Shown here piece by piece: positions 45,455 to 54,846 of a stretch of 64,000 nt of DNA. A model generated the notes under the pieces. It saw only the letters and a program-made list of their open reading frames with translations, was not told the DNA's origin and searched no databases. A program made the translations under genes and the position numbers. Positions within the stretch are counted from its first letter, which is position 1, and each line of letters starts with the position of its first letter. Source of the DNA: an uncultured Spirochaetota bacterium (lineage in GTDB: Bacteria; Spirochaetota; Brevinematia; Brevinematales; JAOACQ01); NCBI GenBank assembly GCA_963835575.1, contig CAWIGG010000006.1, positions 101,151 through 165,150 of the forward strand, written 5' to 3'.

Positions 45455-46591
45455 TCAAATTAATTCCCGGAGGATGCCGGTGTCAAAATCCATGCAGGCC
45501 ATGCTGCCGCAGCCGGTTTCACATGGAGAACAGGGTTTGTCCAGAGAGAGTACGTTAATATTTCCGCCGAGCGGGCCCCATTGTTTTTTATCTCCCATAC
45601 CGCAGTAAAAGACGATCGTTTTTGTCCCGCTCCAGCCGGCCAGGTGGGAAGAAAGGCTGTCCACTGTCACGATCAGAGAGGCTTTCTTATAAAGCAATGC
45701 AAGCTGTGGAATATTAAACAGCCCCGCCGCGTTTAATGATTTTCCGGATGATATTTCCCGCGCCAGTTCTTTTTCATCACCGCTTCCTGTTATTATTATC
45801 TGAAAGCCTTTTTTCTCAAGTATATTGACGACTTCCTTCCATTTTTCATTGGACAGGCTTTTAATCCGGAGGCCGGCTCCGGGATGAACTACGGCGGTCC
45901 CGGCAGACCTTTTTATATTCTTTTTCCAGAAATCGTTCACAAAAGAAAAATCTTCTTTTGAGGGGCATATTTCATAACGCAGATTTTTTATATCAGCGTC
46001 GATTCCCAGCGGCCTGAGCACCTCAAGAAAATGCTCCGTTTCATGCCTGCCCCTTTCCCAGCCGGTCATCAGGTTCAGAAAAGGGCCGAAGCCGGCGGTC
46101 CCATGGCCGATGGTATATTTAATTCCGCCGAGCAGGGCAAGGCTTAACAGATTCCCCCGGCGGGAGCGCATAAAAAGCCCCAGGTCATAATTTTCCTTCC
46201 GTATCGCTTTCAGCGCTGAAAAATATGTCCGCATGTATTCCAGCCATTTTTTTAAGCGGGCGCTTTTACTCCGGTTCGCAAAGGAGTGGTTAATGATATG
46301 CCTTTTTTGTATATAGGGATTGTTTTCAAGGACCTGTAAAGCCCATTTTCCGCAGACGATATCGATAGCAGCGTCAGGGAATCTTTTTTGTATAAGAGGG
46401 AAAACACTTGTTAAAAGAAGCATGTCGCCGAGATGGTCGGGCTTGATGACGAGGATCTTATTTACTTTTTCAGGTATTTTCCCGCCTGATTTATGAAAGA
46501 AAAAACCGAGAGTATTATCAACCAGGGCCAGGAAAAAGCGAAGCCATGCTTTTTTTGTGAGATAGCGTGCCTTCTGACAGGTGCAGTTCAT
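45455..46591 (-). CDS. glycosyltransferase family 9 (LPS heptosyltransferase)
   Basis: Contains ILVIKPDHLGDMLLLTSVFPLIQKRFPDAAIDIV and a C-terminal VTVDSLSSHLA pattern. Confidence 0.8.
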   Translation of the reverse strand: MNCTCQKARYLTKKAWLRFFLALVDNTLGFFFHKSGGKIPEKVNKILVIKPDHLGDMLLLTSVFPLIQKRFPDAAIDIVCGKWALQVLENNPYIQKRHIINHSFANRSKSARLKKWLEYMRTYFSALKAIRKENYDLGLFMRSRRGNLLSLALLGGIKYTIGHGTAGFGPFLNLMTGWERGRHETEHFLEVLRPLGIDADIKNLRYEICPSKEDFSFVNDFWKKNIKRSAGTAVVHPGAGLRIKSLSNEKWKEVVNILEKKGFQIIITGSGDEKELAREISSGKSLNAAGLFNIPQLALLYKKASLIVTVDSLSSHLAGWSGTKTIVFYCGMGDKKQWGPLGGNINVLSLDKPCSPCETGCGSMACMDFDTGILRELI

Positions 46592-46777
46592 TCTACTGCT
46601 TCTCCTTGGTAATAATTATACATAATCTGATTATAAGTGAATAGTCTAAGTATGATTTAAAAAAAATTCAATTTTTCAGGATTCCTATTAAATACAGGGT
46701 TTTACAAAAAGAATCCTCTATCCCGCATTATTCATCTCACCCCCACAGAGGGTGTATTTTCTATAAAAAACTGCCCG

Positions 46778-48415
46778 GCTGTTCAAGCGGCCGCATAAAT
46801 TTGTCAGTTAACCTTCCGTTTTTCCGTCCAATCCTTTCTAACTTTTCAAAAATCTGTTTTTTGCAGTTACAAGGGCGCAGTTTCCCCCTTCTTTAAGCGG
46901 AGTCAAAAACATCCAGAAAGGCTTTCATTACGCAAAGCTGTCCGAGAGCCTTTGAAATACCGCTTTTTCAGTGAAACTTGAGCAAAAATGCAGCCATACT
47001 CTCCGGACTGTTTCTTTTACCTGTACAGCAACTTTCAGAATTTTTAACCGTATAGTGTCGGCTTGCGCTTTCTCATATTCTGTACCTTTCAATCCCTTCC
47101 TTAAGCGCTGCATGCATTGATAGGCAAAACCCGCAAGAATCAGCCGGAAATAATTTGCCATATATCGATGGCAGCTCAAACGGTCAAGATTCATATCCTT
47201 TTTCAGTTCCTTGATCCGGTTTTCCATATCTCCACGCTTCGCATAGAATCTGTATGCATACCTTGCCTTTGAAAATTTCCAATTGGTTATCAGATAACGG
47301 GTGTCCTGTCCCAATTCATTGCAGCGTATCCGGGCGATAATCATTCGTTCTTTTTCCCAGCTTTGTGCACGGTATTTGAAATTCGTATGAAGCGTCTTTT
47401 CTTTCCCGCTTTTTTGAAAATATGTCTTTGCCCTGCGGGATAGCTTTCTTGTCCTCTTCTCCAATCTCCGGTAACCCTTTATTCCCAGAATATAATGGAG
47501 ATCATTTTGTTCGCAATATTCGTATATCTTCGGGTTTTCAAATCCGGCGTCACCTCGCAGGATTATCCGGATCTCCGGTTGTCGCCTCCTTATTGCCAAA
47601 ACAATTCTCCTGATCATAGCAAGCGCGTCCTTTGCCGGACCCGCGTTTCCCTGCCGCAGTTTAATCGCCGCAAGGTCTCCGGTATCTCCGTCACAAACAA
47701 TCAGCGGTGAGTACATCGTTTGTTCATAAAAACCGTTGAACAGGCTTCCTTCCTGTTTACCATGCGTCGGATCATCCGTGCCGTCTATGTCAAGAACAAC
47801 ACTTTCCGCTTTACGCTCTATCAAGCTGTCAATGTACCAGTCCGTCATACAGAAATCAAGCTTCGTTATATCCCGAAGGTTTATGCTGTTCTCAAGCCTG
47901 GACAGCGTCGGCTGGCTGGACAGGGTATCTCCGCTTTCAGGTAAACGCCCTGCCGCGAATTTAAACATCGGGTCATACCGTAATACTCCCGCGTCGTTGG
48001 TGTCTTCATACCCCATGATCATTTGGCTGACCCGTTGTCCGATCAATTCACTCATTTCATGAATTATCCGGTCCTGGTCCCTGCAATCCTCAATACAACC
48101 GGATATTCTATTGATAATTCCGGTCTTTTTTAAGAGCCCGGATACCAGAAACAGCCCGCCGTCAGTGGATATGTCGCCGCCGTTCCAGTCCATCTCAATA
48201 GTCTTGCCTAAAAAGGCAAAACCGCTTGATTTTTCTTCTTGTTTATGACATACTGTTTTCACCGCGTATCTCCTCTTTGGGGTATTTTTAGGTCGCAATT
48301 AATTATATCATAAAGAGTAAAGTTACGCGGCTTTTTTTATACTTTTTTTCAGGTGAATAATCCGGGCTATTTATGGTTACCCGCAATTTATCCGCTTAAT
48401 ACGAAATTTAACAGT
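46778..48415 (-). mobile_element. IS1380-family insertion sequence (boundaries approximate)
   Basis: Imperfect terminal inverted repeats: AAGCGGccgcATAAATTtGtcaGTTAACC (46785-46813) versus GGTTACCCGCAATTTATCCGCTT (48375-48397). They may extend to the CTGTT.AA words at about 46778 and 48415. The TSD is not resolved. Confidence 0.55.
46928..48298 (-). CDS. IS1380-family DDE transposase
   Basis: 456 aa, with ISTDGGLFL, VLDIDGTDDPTHGKQEGSLFNGFYEQTMYSPL, RGDAGF and YAKRGDMENRIKELK. Confidence 0.85.
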   Translation of the reverse strand: MRPKNTPKRRYAVKTVCHKQEEKSSGFAFLGKTIEMDWNGGDISTDGGLFLVSGLLKKTGIINRISGCIEDCRDQDRIIHEMSELIGQRVSQMIMGYEDTNDAGVLRYDPMFKFAAGRLPESGDTLSSQPTLSRLENSINLRDITKLDFCMTDWYIDSLIERKAESVVLDIDGTDDPTHGKQEGSLFNGFYEQTMYSPLIVCDGDTGDLAAIKLRQGNAGPAKDALAMIRRIVLAIRRRQPEIRIILRGDAGFENPKIYEYCEQNDLHYILGIKGYRRLEKRTRKLSRRAKTYFQKSGKEKTLHTNFKYRAQSWEKERMIIARIRCNELGQDTRYLITNWKFSKARYAYRFYAKRGDMENRIKELKKDMNLDRLSCHRYMANYFRLILAGFAYQCMQRLRKGLKGTEYEKAQADTIRLKILKVAVQVKETVRRVWLHFCSSFTEKAVFQRLSDSFA

Positions 48416-48509
48416 CTTTTGAGAAATTCATTTTATATAAAGAGGGGCATAGCTGGCGGCAAGCGAAAAAGGCGCAAAACCGGTTATAAACCATCCTCCT
48501 GCTCAATTC

Positions 48510-49163
48510 TCAAAATTTCATTGCCAAACCAAAAGTTGTTGAGGCTGTACCGGCGGCATTATTATTTAAAATATATTTGTCAGAATAAAAATTATTTGAA
48601 TTTATGGATCTGGATAAATTCACATATATACCCAGGAGATTTTTATCCAAAAACTCGAAAGGATAAAAAATAAAGTGCAAATATATTCCATAATTCGCGT
48701 TATTCAAATGATAATCGGTGAGCCTGCCGGCATCTGTAACTTTTTCGTAAAAGAACCAGGAGCCGAACATACCGATGCCGAAAACAAGCCATGGATTTCC
48801 ATCTTCCCGGTTAAAAAAGTGAAAATTGTAAGTGAGCGGGATAGTCAGCGCATGTAAGAAAAACGTCCTTGTTCCTGAAATGTTATTTAAACTGTCGTTA
48901 TAAATAAAATCCTGGTTATAATATACATAATCCAGGCCGGTTTCAATATGATTGCCGTAAATATTTAATTCAGTGTGTAAACCGATATTAGCGCCCAATT
49001 TTGTGGCATGGCTTACATTAGTTGTTTCAGAAAACGGCAAAGAACCTGTCAAACCTCCCCAATTGCCTCCGGTATATATGATGATGTTCTGCCGGGCGGC
49101 TAATTTTTGAGAAAACGTCAATATTATCAATATCAATACTATTTCAGCCAATTTGTATGCCAT
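48510..49163 (-). CDS. putative outer-membrane beta-barrel protein (AT-rich)
   Basis: Signal peptide, alternating aromatic/polar strands, and a C-terminal ...FGLAMKF ending in Phe. Confidence 0.5.
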   Translation of the reverse strand: MAYKLAEIVLILIILTFSQKLAARQNIIIYTGGNWGGLTGSLPFSETTNVSHATKLGANIGLHTELNIYGNHIETGLDYVYYNQDFIYNDSLNNISGTRTFFLHALTIPLTYNFHFFNREDGNPWLVFGIGMFGSWFFYEKVTDAGRLTDYHLNNANYGIYLHFIFYPFEFLDKNLLGIYVNLSRSINSNNFYSDKYILNNNAAGTASTTFGLAMKF

Positions 49164-49181
49164 TATTTTCCTCCAGATTAT

Positions 49182-49889
49182 TTAAAATCTATAACCTATC
49201 TCAATGCCGGGAAGGGGTACAAATGTAAAAGGGCTTCCCATCCTGTCTATTTCCCGAAACCTTTGCGGAGCGCTGCTGTCGTGAAGATAGGCCAAATAGT
49301 CAGCCTCAAAAAAAACAGAAACGTATAGGGGTAAACTAAACAAGATAAAATCAAACCTATAGCCTATATCGCACATAATATACATTTGAAATCCGCTCGC
49401 GAGAAAGTTGCCATTATTATCGTAATATGCGATGTATTGGGGGCTTAATGACAGACTTACAGAAAGATTTTCCCAAATGTACCTTGTATAACCGATCCCG
49501 GACAAATATGTCCAGATATAACCCGGATAAGGTGTCAAAAGCAGCAGATCGGAAAATACACCGGCAAACTTGGATGCGCCAAGGCCGAATGTAATTGAAT
49601 TTTTTGTATCAAAACAATATTCAGCGCCGAAACTATAAAAGGGCTGAAGAACTCCATCAACCGGAACGAAGCTGAATATAAGATCGCCCGGAGGGAATCC
49701 TATATACCAATGATAATTGGTTTTTACCGTATTTATGGTAATAGAATCATTAGTCGTCATATTATTGGTTGAAAGATTATCATTAAAATTTGAATTATTC
49801 TGCAGAGCGTTTAAATTCTGAATACAGAGTAATACCAGCACTGTAAACATGCTTGACGCCAATATCTTATTCCGTGCCATAAATATCAA
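49182..49889 (-). CDS. putative outer-membrane beta-barrel protein (AT-rich)
   Basis: Signal peptide, Y/F/G-rich strands, and a C-terminal ...GIEIGYRF. Confidence 0.5.
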   Translation of the reverse strand: MIFMARNKILASSMFTVLVLLCIQNLNALQNNSNFNDNLSTNNMTTNDSITINTVKTNYHWYIGFPPGDLIFSFVPVDGVLQPFYSFGAEYCFDTKNSITFGLGASKFAGVFSDLLLLTPYPGYIWTYLSGIGYTRYIWENLSVSLSLSPQYIAYYDNNGNFLASGFQMYIMCDIGYRFDFILFSLPLYVSVFFEADYLAYLHDSSAPQRFREIDRMGSPFTFVPLPGIEIGYRF

Positions 49890-50160
49890 GCCTCCATTTT
49901 AAATTAACATGTGACTATATCATTAAATCTTGTTGCAATCAATAGGTATTTTATCCTACGGAGTTATTTTTTCTGCCCATTGGAGATTTGCATTAATTAT
50001 TAGCGATAATAGAATGTTTTACACCTTAATTAATTTAATACCCTTGTTTATTCATATAAAACTAGAGCGACAATCGAATTATAAGTGTGAAAACGAGGTA
50101 TGAAAATAAAAGATACTCTTATTAAGTTTTTAATTTTGCATAATCATGAAAGTTTACAAA

Positions 50161-51183
50161 TTATTTACATACGGCCTTATGGTCCGTCCGGCGTAGTTCC
50201 TCGGCCGCCGTTTCCGGCAGGACCGTGTTGACATAAAAACCGCCGGCATACTCCAGCCCGCCTTTTTGCTTGAGCTGGGGTATGGCGCTGACATACCAGT
50301 GATAATATCTTTCCTCTCTTTCATAATAGCAGAGCGACTGGAAAACATAATTAAAATCGGGATTTTTAAGAAGAGAGTATAGTTTGCCGAATGCCGTGAT
50401 CATGCTGTCCGAAAGGGAGCCTATTTCCTCCGGCGTTATGCAGAGGAAGGAAGGCGAGTGCTTTTTCGGCACGATCCAGAAATGATAGGGCGAAAGCGCC
50501 GCGTAAGGCGAAAGGCAGACAAAATAGTCGTTTTCATAAAAAATCCTGCCGCGTTCTGAATACTCATTATTGAGAATATCGCAGAGCATACAGCTGTCAT
50601 TCAGTTCATGATAGCGCTCCGCTTCGCGGAGCCGTATCTGTATTTCAAACGGCACGACAGGAAGCCCGTAAATCTGTGAATGGGGATGCTCCAGCGAACC
50701 GCCGGCTTTGATGCCCTGGTTTTTAAAAATGACAATATGCCTGACATACTCATTTTCCCTGATCTGCCCGGCGCGTTCTAAATAGATCTGCAGGAGCGAG
50801 GCCATTTCATCGGTATTGAAAAAAGCTAAAGTGGTATTATGCTTTGGAGTTTCAACAATGACGTCCTGAATACCGAATCCGTCTATTTCCTTGCAGAGGG
50901 GGCGGTGCCTCTTTTCCAGCTTTATATGGCGGTCGACACTGGAAAATTTATTTTCCAGGATCCTTATCTGCCATTTTCCATTTTTTTCAATCCTTGAAAC
51001 TTCCTTGTTTTCCTGAATTTGATTGCCGGGGCAGAAAGGGCAGGTATCTTTATATTCCGGGCGATGTTTCAGGATACTGATATTATCAAGCTCTTCATGT
51101 TTGAGATCCATCGGCCTTAGGGCCCTGTTCGGAGCGAAAATGACCCAGTCGTTGGTGATCATATTCTTCCGGTATATGGACAT
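50161..51183 (-). CDS. galT: galactose-1-phosphate uridylyltransferase (HIT superfamily)
   Basis: Zinc knuckle CPFCPGN and active-site GGSLEHPHSQIYGLP (the HPH.Q motif). Confidence 0.85.
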   Translation of the reverse strand: MSIYRKNMITNDWVIFAPNRALRPMDLKHEELDNISILKHRPEYKDTCPFCPGNQIQENKEVSRIEKNGKWQIRILENKFSSVDRHIKLEKRHRPLCKEIDGFGIQDVIVETPKHNTTLAFFNTDEMASLLQIYLERAGQIRENEYVRHIVIFKNQGIKAGGSLEHPHSQIYGLPVVPFEIQIRLREAERYHELNDSCMLCDILNNEYSERGRIFYENDYFVCLSPYAALSPYHFWIVPKKHSPSFLCITPEEIGSLSDSMITAFGKLYSLLKNPDFNYVFQSLCYYEREERYYHWYVSAIPQLKQKGGLEYAGGFYVNTVLPETAAEELRRTDHKAVCK

Positions 51184-51311
51184 TCTTTTCTCCTTTTTAA
51201 ATGTGAAAATTAATCCGGGAATTTAATCTTATTAACGGTGATATTATAAACATGTGTTTTAAGTATATCAATAAATAATAGATCTGCTGTTCCGATTATT
51301 AAGCGAATGTT

Positions 51312-51523
51312 TTAAGGGCAGTTCCAAAAACTCAAAATCAATCAGATATTTCCAACATAGGTTTTGGAACTGCCCCGGTTATAGAACCTCTTGTAAATTT
51401 AATTGCCGCTACCGTATAGAGTTCGCTGGTTGATGATCTTTTCAGACAGCGAACTCGGGCGGTAGCATGAACTCATATAATAGCGGCAGTTCTAAATATT
51501 TGAGTTTTTAGAACTGCCCTTAA
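51312..51523. repeat. MITE-like element: 25-bp terminal inverted repeats flanked by TTAA, three internal hairpins
   Basis: TTAAGGGCAGTTCCAAAAACTCAAA (51312-51336) versus TTTGAGTTTTTAGAACTGCCCTTAA (51499-51523), matching 24/25. Extra GGCAGTTC copies lie at about 51366 and 51485. The central IR is GCCGCTACCGTATAGAGTTCGCTG (51405-51428) versus CAGCGAACTCGGGCGGTAGC (51447-51466). Confidence 0.7.
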
Positions 51524-51583
51524 TTATATATCTGACAGCATCATTTCCCCGGCTTTTGAAGATTACCCTGCAAAACACCTTTG

Positions 51584-53425
51584 TGTCTATAAAAAAAGCG
51601 CTAAAAGTTTTAATATTTTGATATTATTTCTTGAAAAAAACAGATAAAATATATTTTTAAATAATTTCATTTATTTGACCTGTATTCCGGTATTATATAT
51701 AGAGAGAAACAAGAGAGTTATTTATGGGGATTAAGGCTTTATCCGATTCTGCCGCGGATGACGGTTTCTCTCCGGCAGGCTTTTCCTCCTATTTTCATGA
51801 GAAATGCGATAAACCTGCCGTTGCCTTTGGGGCGAACGGCAGGTGTTTTTTTCTCCTCTCCTTGTTGCCTGTCGGTTTTTATAACATGCTTCATGGACAT
51901 ACGGCAGGGTTCCCGTTAAAATAAAACGGGAGAAAAAGATGGCAAGATTTGAAAAGAACAGCCTGGAGCAGGGTGAGTTCCTCGCGATCAATATAGGCGA
52001 GCAGTTTGATGAGAATTCCAGAGAATTTATACTAAAAGAATTCATCAAAAACCGTATTAAACTGGAGGATTTCGCGGCTTACTATAAGAACAACCATAGA
52101 GGCAGAGAGATTAAAAATCCTCGGGATGTGATCTGTGCGGTACTCTACGGTTACATTACGGGAAATCGTATCAGCCGAAAGATAGAAGATTTGCTGAAAA
52201 AACACATTGGGTTTATGTATGTTTCAAACCGGCTGAAAATTGACCATTCGGTAATTTGCGAGTTCAAGGTACTTTTTCAGGAAAAGATCGAGGAGTTGTT
52301 CAGCCAGCTTTTATATATACTCAACGAAATGGGGTCTATAGATTGGGACATGGTAGTGGGTGACGGCACAAAGATCAAGGCCTACGCGAGTAAGAATAAG
52401 AATGTGGGAAAGAAACATACCCGGAAGCTGATGGACACTTACCAGAAGATGGCGGAAAAGATTGTGAAACAAGACCTGGAACTGGAAGAATCTTACCGGG
52501 AAGGCAAGCTGGAGCAGCCTTATTACGAAGCGGAGAAGAAGCGGGTATCAAGGCGGAAAAAGATTTACGATAGTGTTTTGAACCAAATCGATGAATACAA
52601 AAAACAGGTAGAGAGAGGGGAAAAGACAGACGAAGAATTCACCAACCTGACTGATCCCGAAAGCAAGCTGATGTCTGGAAATCCGCATAGTGTGTTTATA
52701 CAGGGATATAATTCGGCGATGATGGTCAGTAATAATGATGTGATTATAGATTTTGAAGCAATCACAACACCGGAAAAACAGCATACGGAAGAAATGGTAA
52801 AGAGGGTGGAACAGAAAAAAGCGGAATTAAAAGTTGATAAGGCTAGCAAATACCTTTTTGATTCGGGTTTTCAGGACATGGAAGAGACAATCCGGATGGT
52901 GGAGGAAGGAAAAGACCTTTATGTGGATACGAAAGAGCGGGATTTCAGTGATAAATCACAGAAGCGAAGAGACTTTAAACTGGAAAAGATTGATGACGAA
53001 TATATCCTGGGATGCCGGGGCGGCCGTAAGGAAAATGGGTATTTAGATCGAAATAACCAAAGATATACATTTTTGTATTCACGGAAGGGCTGTGAAAGAT
53101 GTCCATTTTTCAGTGAGTGTTATAAAAACATCAAACCGAAAACACAGCAAAAGACAGTAATTTTCAGTGAGTTTGAATTGAATAATCGGTCTAAGATTGA
53201 TGCTTATTTAACAAAACTTTACAGCGAAGAAGGGCAAAAGATATACAACCGCAGGATAGGTAAAGAACACGTATTTTCAAACATCAAAACACAGAAGGGT
53301 TATGTTCAGACAGTTTACAGAGGTCAACGGAAAGTGAATTTGGAGCTATGCTGGGTATCCCTTGCGCATAATTTTATGAAATATGCCCAATATTTGAGAA
53401 AATAGAGAGGATTTTGTATAGTCTG
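51584..53425 (+). mobile_element. second IS1182-like element (right end clear, left end tentative)
   Basis: The right terminus TTTTGTATAGTCTG (53412-53425) reverse-complements to CAGACTATACAAAA, resembling the CAGACTGTGTGAAAAA terminus of the first element. Only a weak left match exists (GTGTCTATAAAAAA at about 51584). Confidence 0.4.
51939..53405 (+). CDS. IS1182/IS5-like DDE transposase
   Basis: The N-terminal DUF772-like region has ICAVLYGYITGNRISRKIEDLL...YVSNRLKIDHSVICEF. A Cys-rich segment follows (CERCPFFSECY). The C-terminus is HVFSNIKTQKGYVQTVYRGQRKVNLELCWVSLAHNFMKY. Confidence 0.75.
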   Translation: MARFEKNSLEQGEFLAINIGEQFDENSREFILKEFIKNRIKLEDFAAYYKNNHRGREIKNPRDVICAVLYGYITGNRISRKIEDLLKKHIGFMYVSNRLKIDHSVICEFKVLFQEKIEELFSQLLYILNEMGSIDWDMVVGDGTKIKAYASKNKNVGKKHTRKLMDTYQKMAEKIVKQDLELEESYREGKLEQPYYEAEKKRVSRRKKIYDSVLNQIDEYKKQVERGEKTDEEFTNLTDPESKLMSGNPHSVFIQGYNSAMMVSNNDVIIDFEAITTPEKQHTEEMVKRVEQKKAELKVDKASKYLFDSGFQDMEETIRMVEEGKDLYVDTKERDFSDKSQKRRDFKLEKIDDEYILGCRGGRKENGYLDRNNQRYTFLYSRKGCERCPFFSECYKNIKPKTQQKTVIFSEFELNNRSKIDAYLTKLYSEEGQKIYNRRIGKEHVFSNIKTQKGYVQTVYRGQRKVNLELCWVSLAHNFMKYAQYLRK

Positions 53426-53851
53426 AGTATCGATTATTCGAAATTTATTATTAAAATCAGCTAAGCTGACAAAATTTTTATTTGCCCGCTTATTGTAAGG
53501 GGCTGGTTTGACTCCGAAAATGAAATAACCGACAGGCAAGCCGGAAAAAAGAGGCTGTATTATAAAGATCCTGATAGACCAGAAGATAATTATGCCGGTC
53601 AGAAGCGCCTTCCCGATCTGAGAGGTTAAAAGCTCTTTTGAGTAAAAGAAAGGTAAATAGGCGAAGATCAGCCAGAATAATAAAACGGAGAAGTTTGACG
53701 TATTTAATAACTGCTTTATGACTCTTTTTTTGATGGCTGGCAGTTCTTTCAGATTTTCATCCCAATTGAACGTTTTTGGGAATATAATATGGGATAGAGC
53801 GCAGATCAAATGAAAAACGCCCCCGATTTTTATTAATAGTTCATTGGGCAT
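53324..53851 (-). CDS. small membrane protein whose 3' end reads into the IS terminus
   Basis: The hydrophobic ORF has about 4 TM segments within residues 1-115. The last ~34 codons (53324-53425) are encoded by IS sequence. Confidence 0.5.
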   Translation of the reverse strand: MPNELLIKIGGVFHLICALSHIIFPKTFNWDENLKELPAIKKRVIKQLLNTSNFSVLLFWLIFAYLPFFYSKELLTSQIGKALLTGIIIFWSIRIFIIQPLFSGLPVGYFIFGVKPAPYNKRANKNFVSLADFNNKFRIIDTQTIQNPLYFLKYWAYFIKLCARDTQHSSKFTFR

Positions 53852-53894
53852 TGGCAGTTCCTTTTTTATTCATTATTTTTAATTCCGGCCGCCT

Positions 53895-54476
53895 TTACTT
53901 TTTATACATATCCTTAAACTTCTGATAATAAAATTCATGGTCTTTGCGCGGCAGGGTCTGCGATTCTCCATTTGAGTTTTCATCCAGACGGGCAAGCATC
54001 TTTTCGATTTTTTTTAATTTTTCCTCCGAATCGAAAGCCCAATCGCTTTCCGGATATTCCCGCAGGACTTTTGTGAAAAAAGATTTGGCTTTGGCCAGAT
54101 TATCTTCGGTTTCATCAGCGGTATGGCGCTCCGACGCCGAGAAATGAGTGAAGAAATAATGATACTTTGTATAATATTTATTAAAATATTCCAGCCCTTT
54201 TTTATATAAAACAGCGTCCCGGTCCGAATCTTTTTTGATCATGCTGTCTTTAGCCGGCTTTGCTTTTGCCTTCTTTTTTAAATCATCAAAACCGGCGGCG
54301 ATTATTTTATAAGCCTCATTTATCCTTGCCATGATCTTTTCCTGCTTCTTTTTCTGTTCATGGTTTGTAAAGTGGTCGGGATGGTTCTGCCCGGCAAGCC
54401 TGCGGTAAGTTTTCTTGACATCGTTCAGGGTTGCGCCGGGAGTCAGGCAGAATAGTTTTATATACTCATTAATCAT
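53895..54476 (-). CDS. J-domain (DnaJ-like) protein
   Basis: N-terminal J domain with YRRLAGQNHPDHF (the HPD motif). The remainder is helical and Lys/Glu-rich. Confidence 0.75.
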   Translation of the reverse strand: MINEYIKLFCLTPGATLNDVKKTYRRLAGQNHPDHFTNHEQKKKQEKIMARINEAYKIIAAGFDDLKKKAKAKPAKDSMIKKDSDRDAVLYKKGLEYFNKYYTKYHYFFTHFSASERHTADETEDNLAKAKSFFTKVLREYPESDWAFDSEEKLKKIEKMLARLDENSNGESQTLPRKDHEFYYQKFKDMYKK

Positions 54477-54846
54477 ATTTCCTCTTTTTGTTTATTATAA
54501 AGTTTCATCTTCTTTTTGTACAGCGGTCATCACAGGCTATTTTGCTTCCGCGGCAAAGGTTGCCGGACACTACATCAAGTTCATTGCCGAATCCGCTTCG
54601 TTCTAATCGGGTACAGGCCCCGAACATGGATGGAGAAATTTGGGGATAAATAAAAGAGATAATCGGTCCTTGGGACTTCTGACAGTTTGAAGCGGTAATT
54701 TCTTTTAAACTCATGGATTTTAATCTTTACAGGCAATTATTAATTTTTTATTTTTTTGCATTTATTGATACGCAAGAATAAAATATCAACCAATGGAATT
54801 ATAATTTTTCTTATCATTCATTAATAATTTTTGGAGGTAATTACTT

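Noticed and set aside
51724-51924. 66-aa ORF upstream of the second IS1182-like transposase
   Set aside because: It has no SD and a low-complexity composition, and it lies in the presumed IS leader.
13902-53425. The two IS1182-like elements forming a composite transposon
   Set aside because: The transposases are highly diverged from each other. The termini share only a short CAGACT.T..AAAA core, and the intervening 36 kb contains core genes (carB, thyX, hldE).
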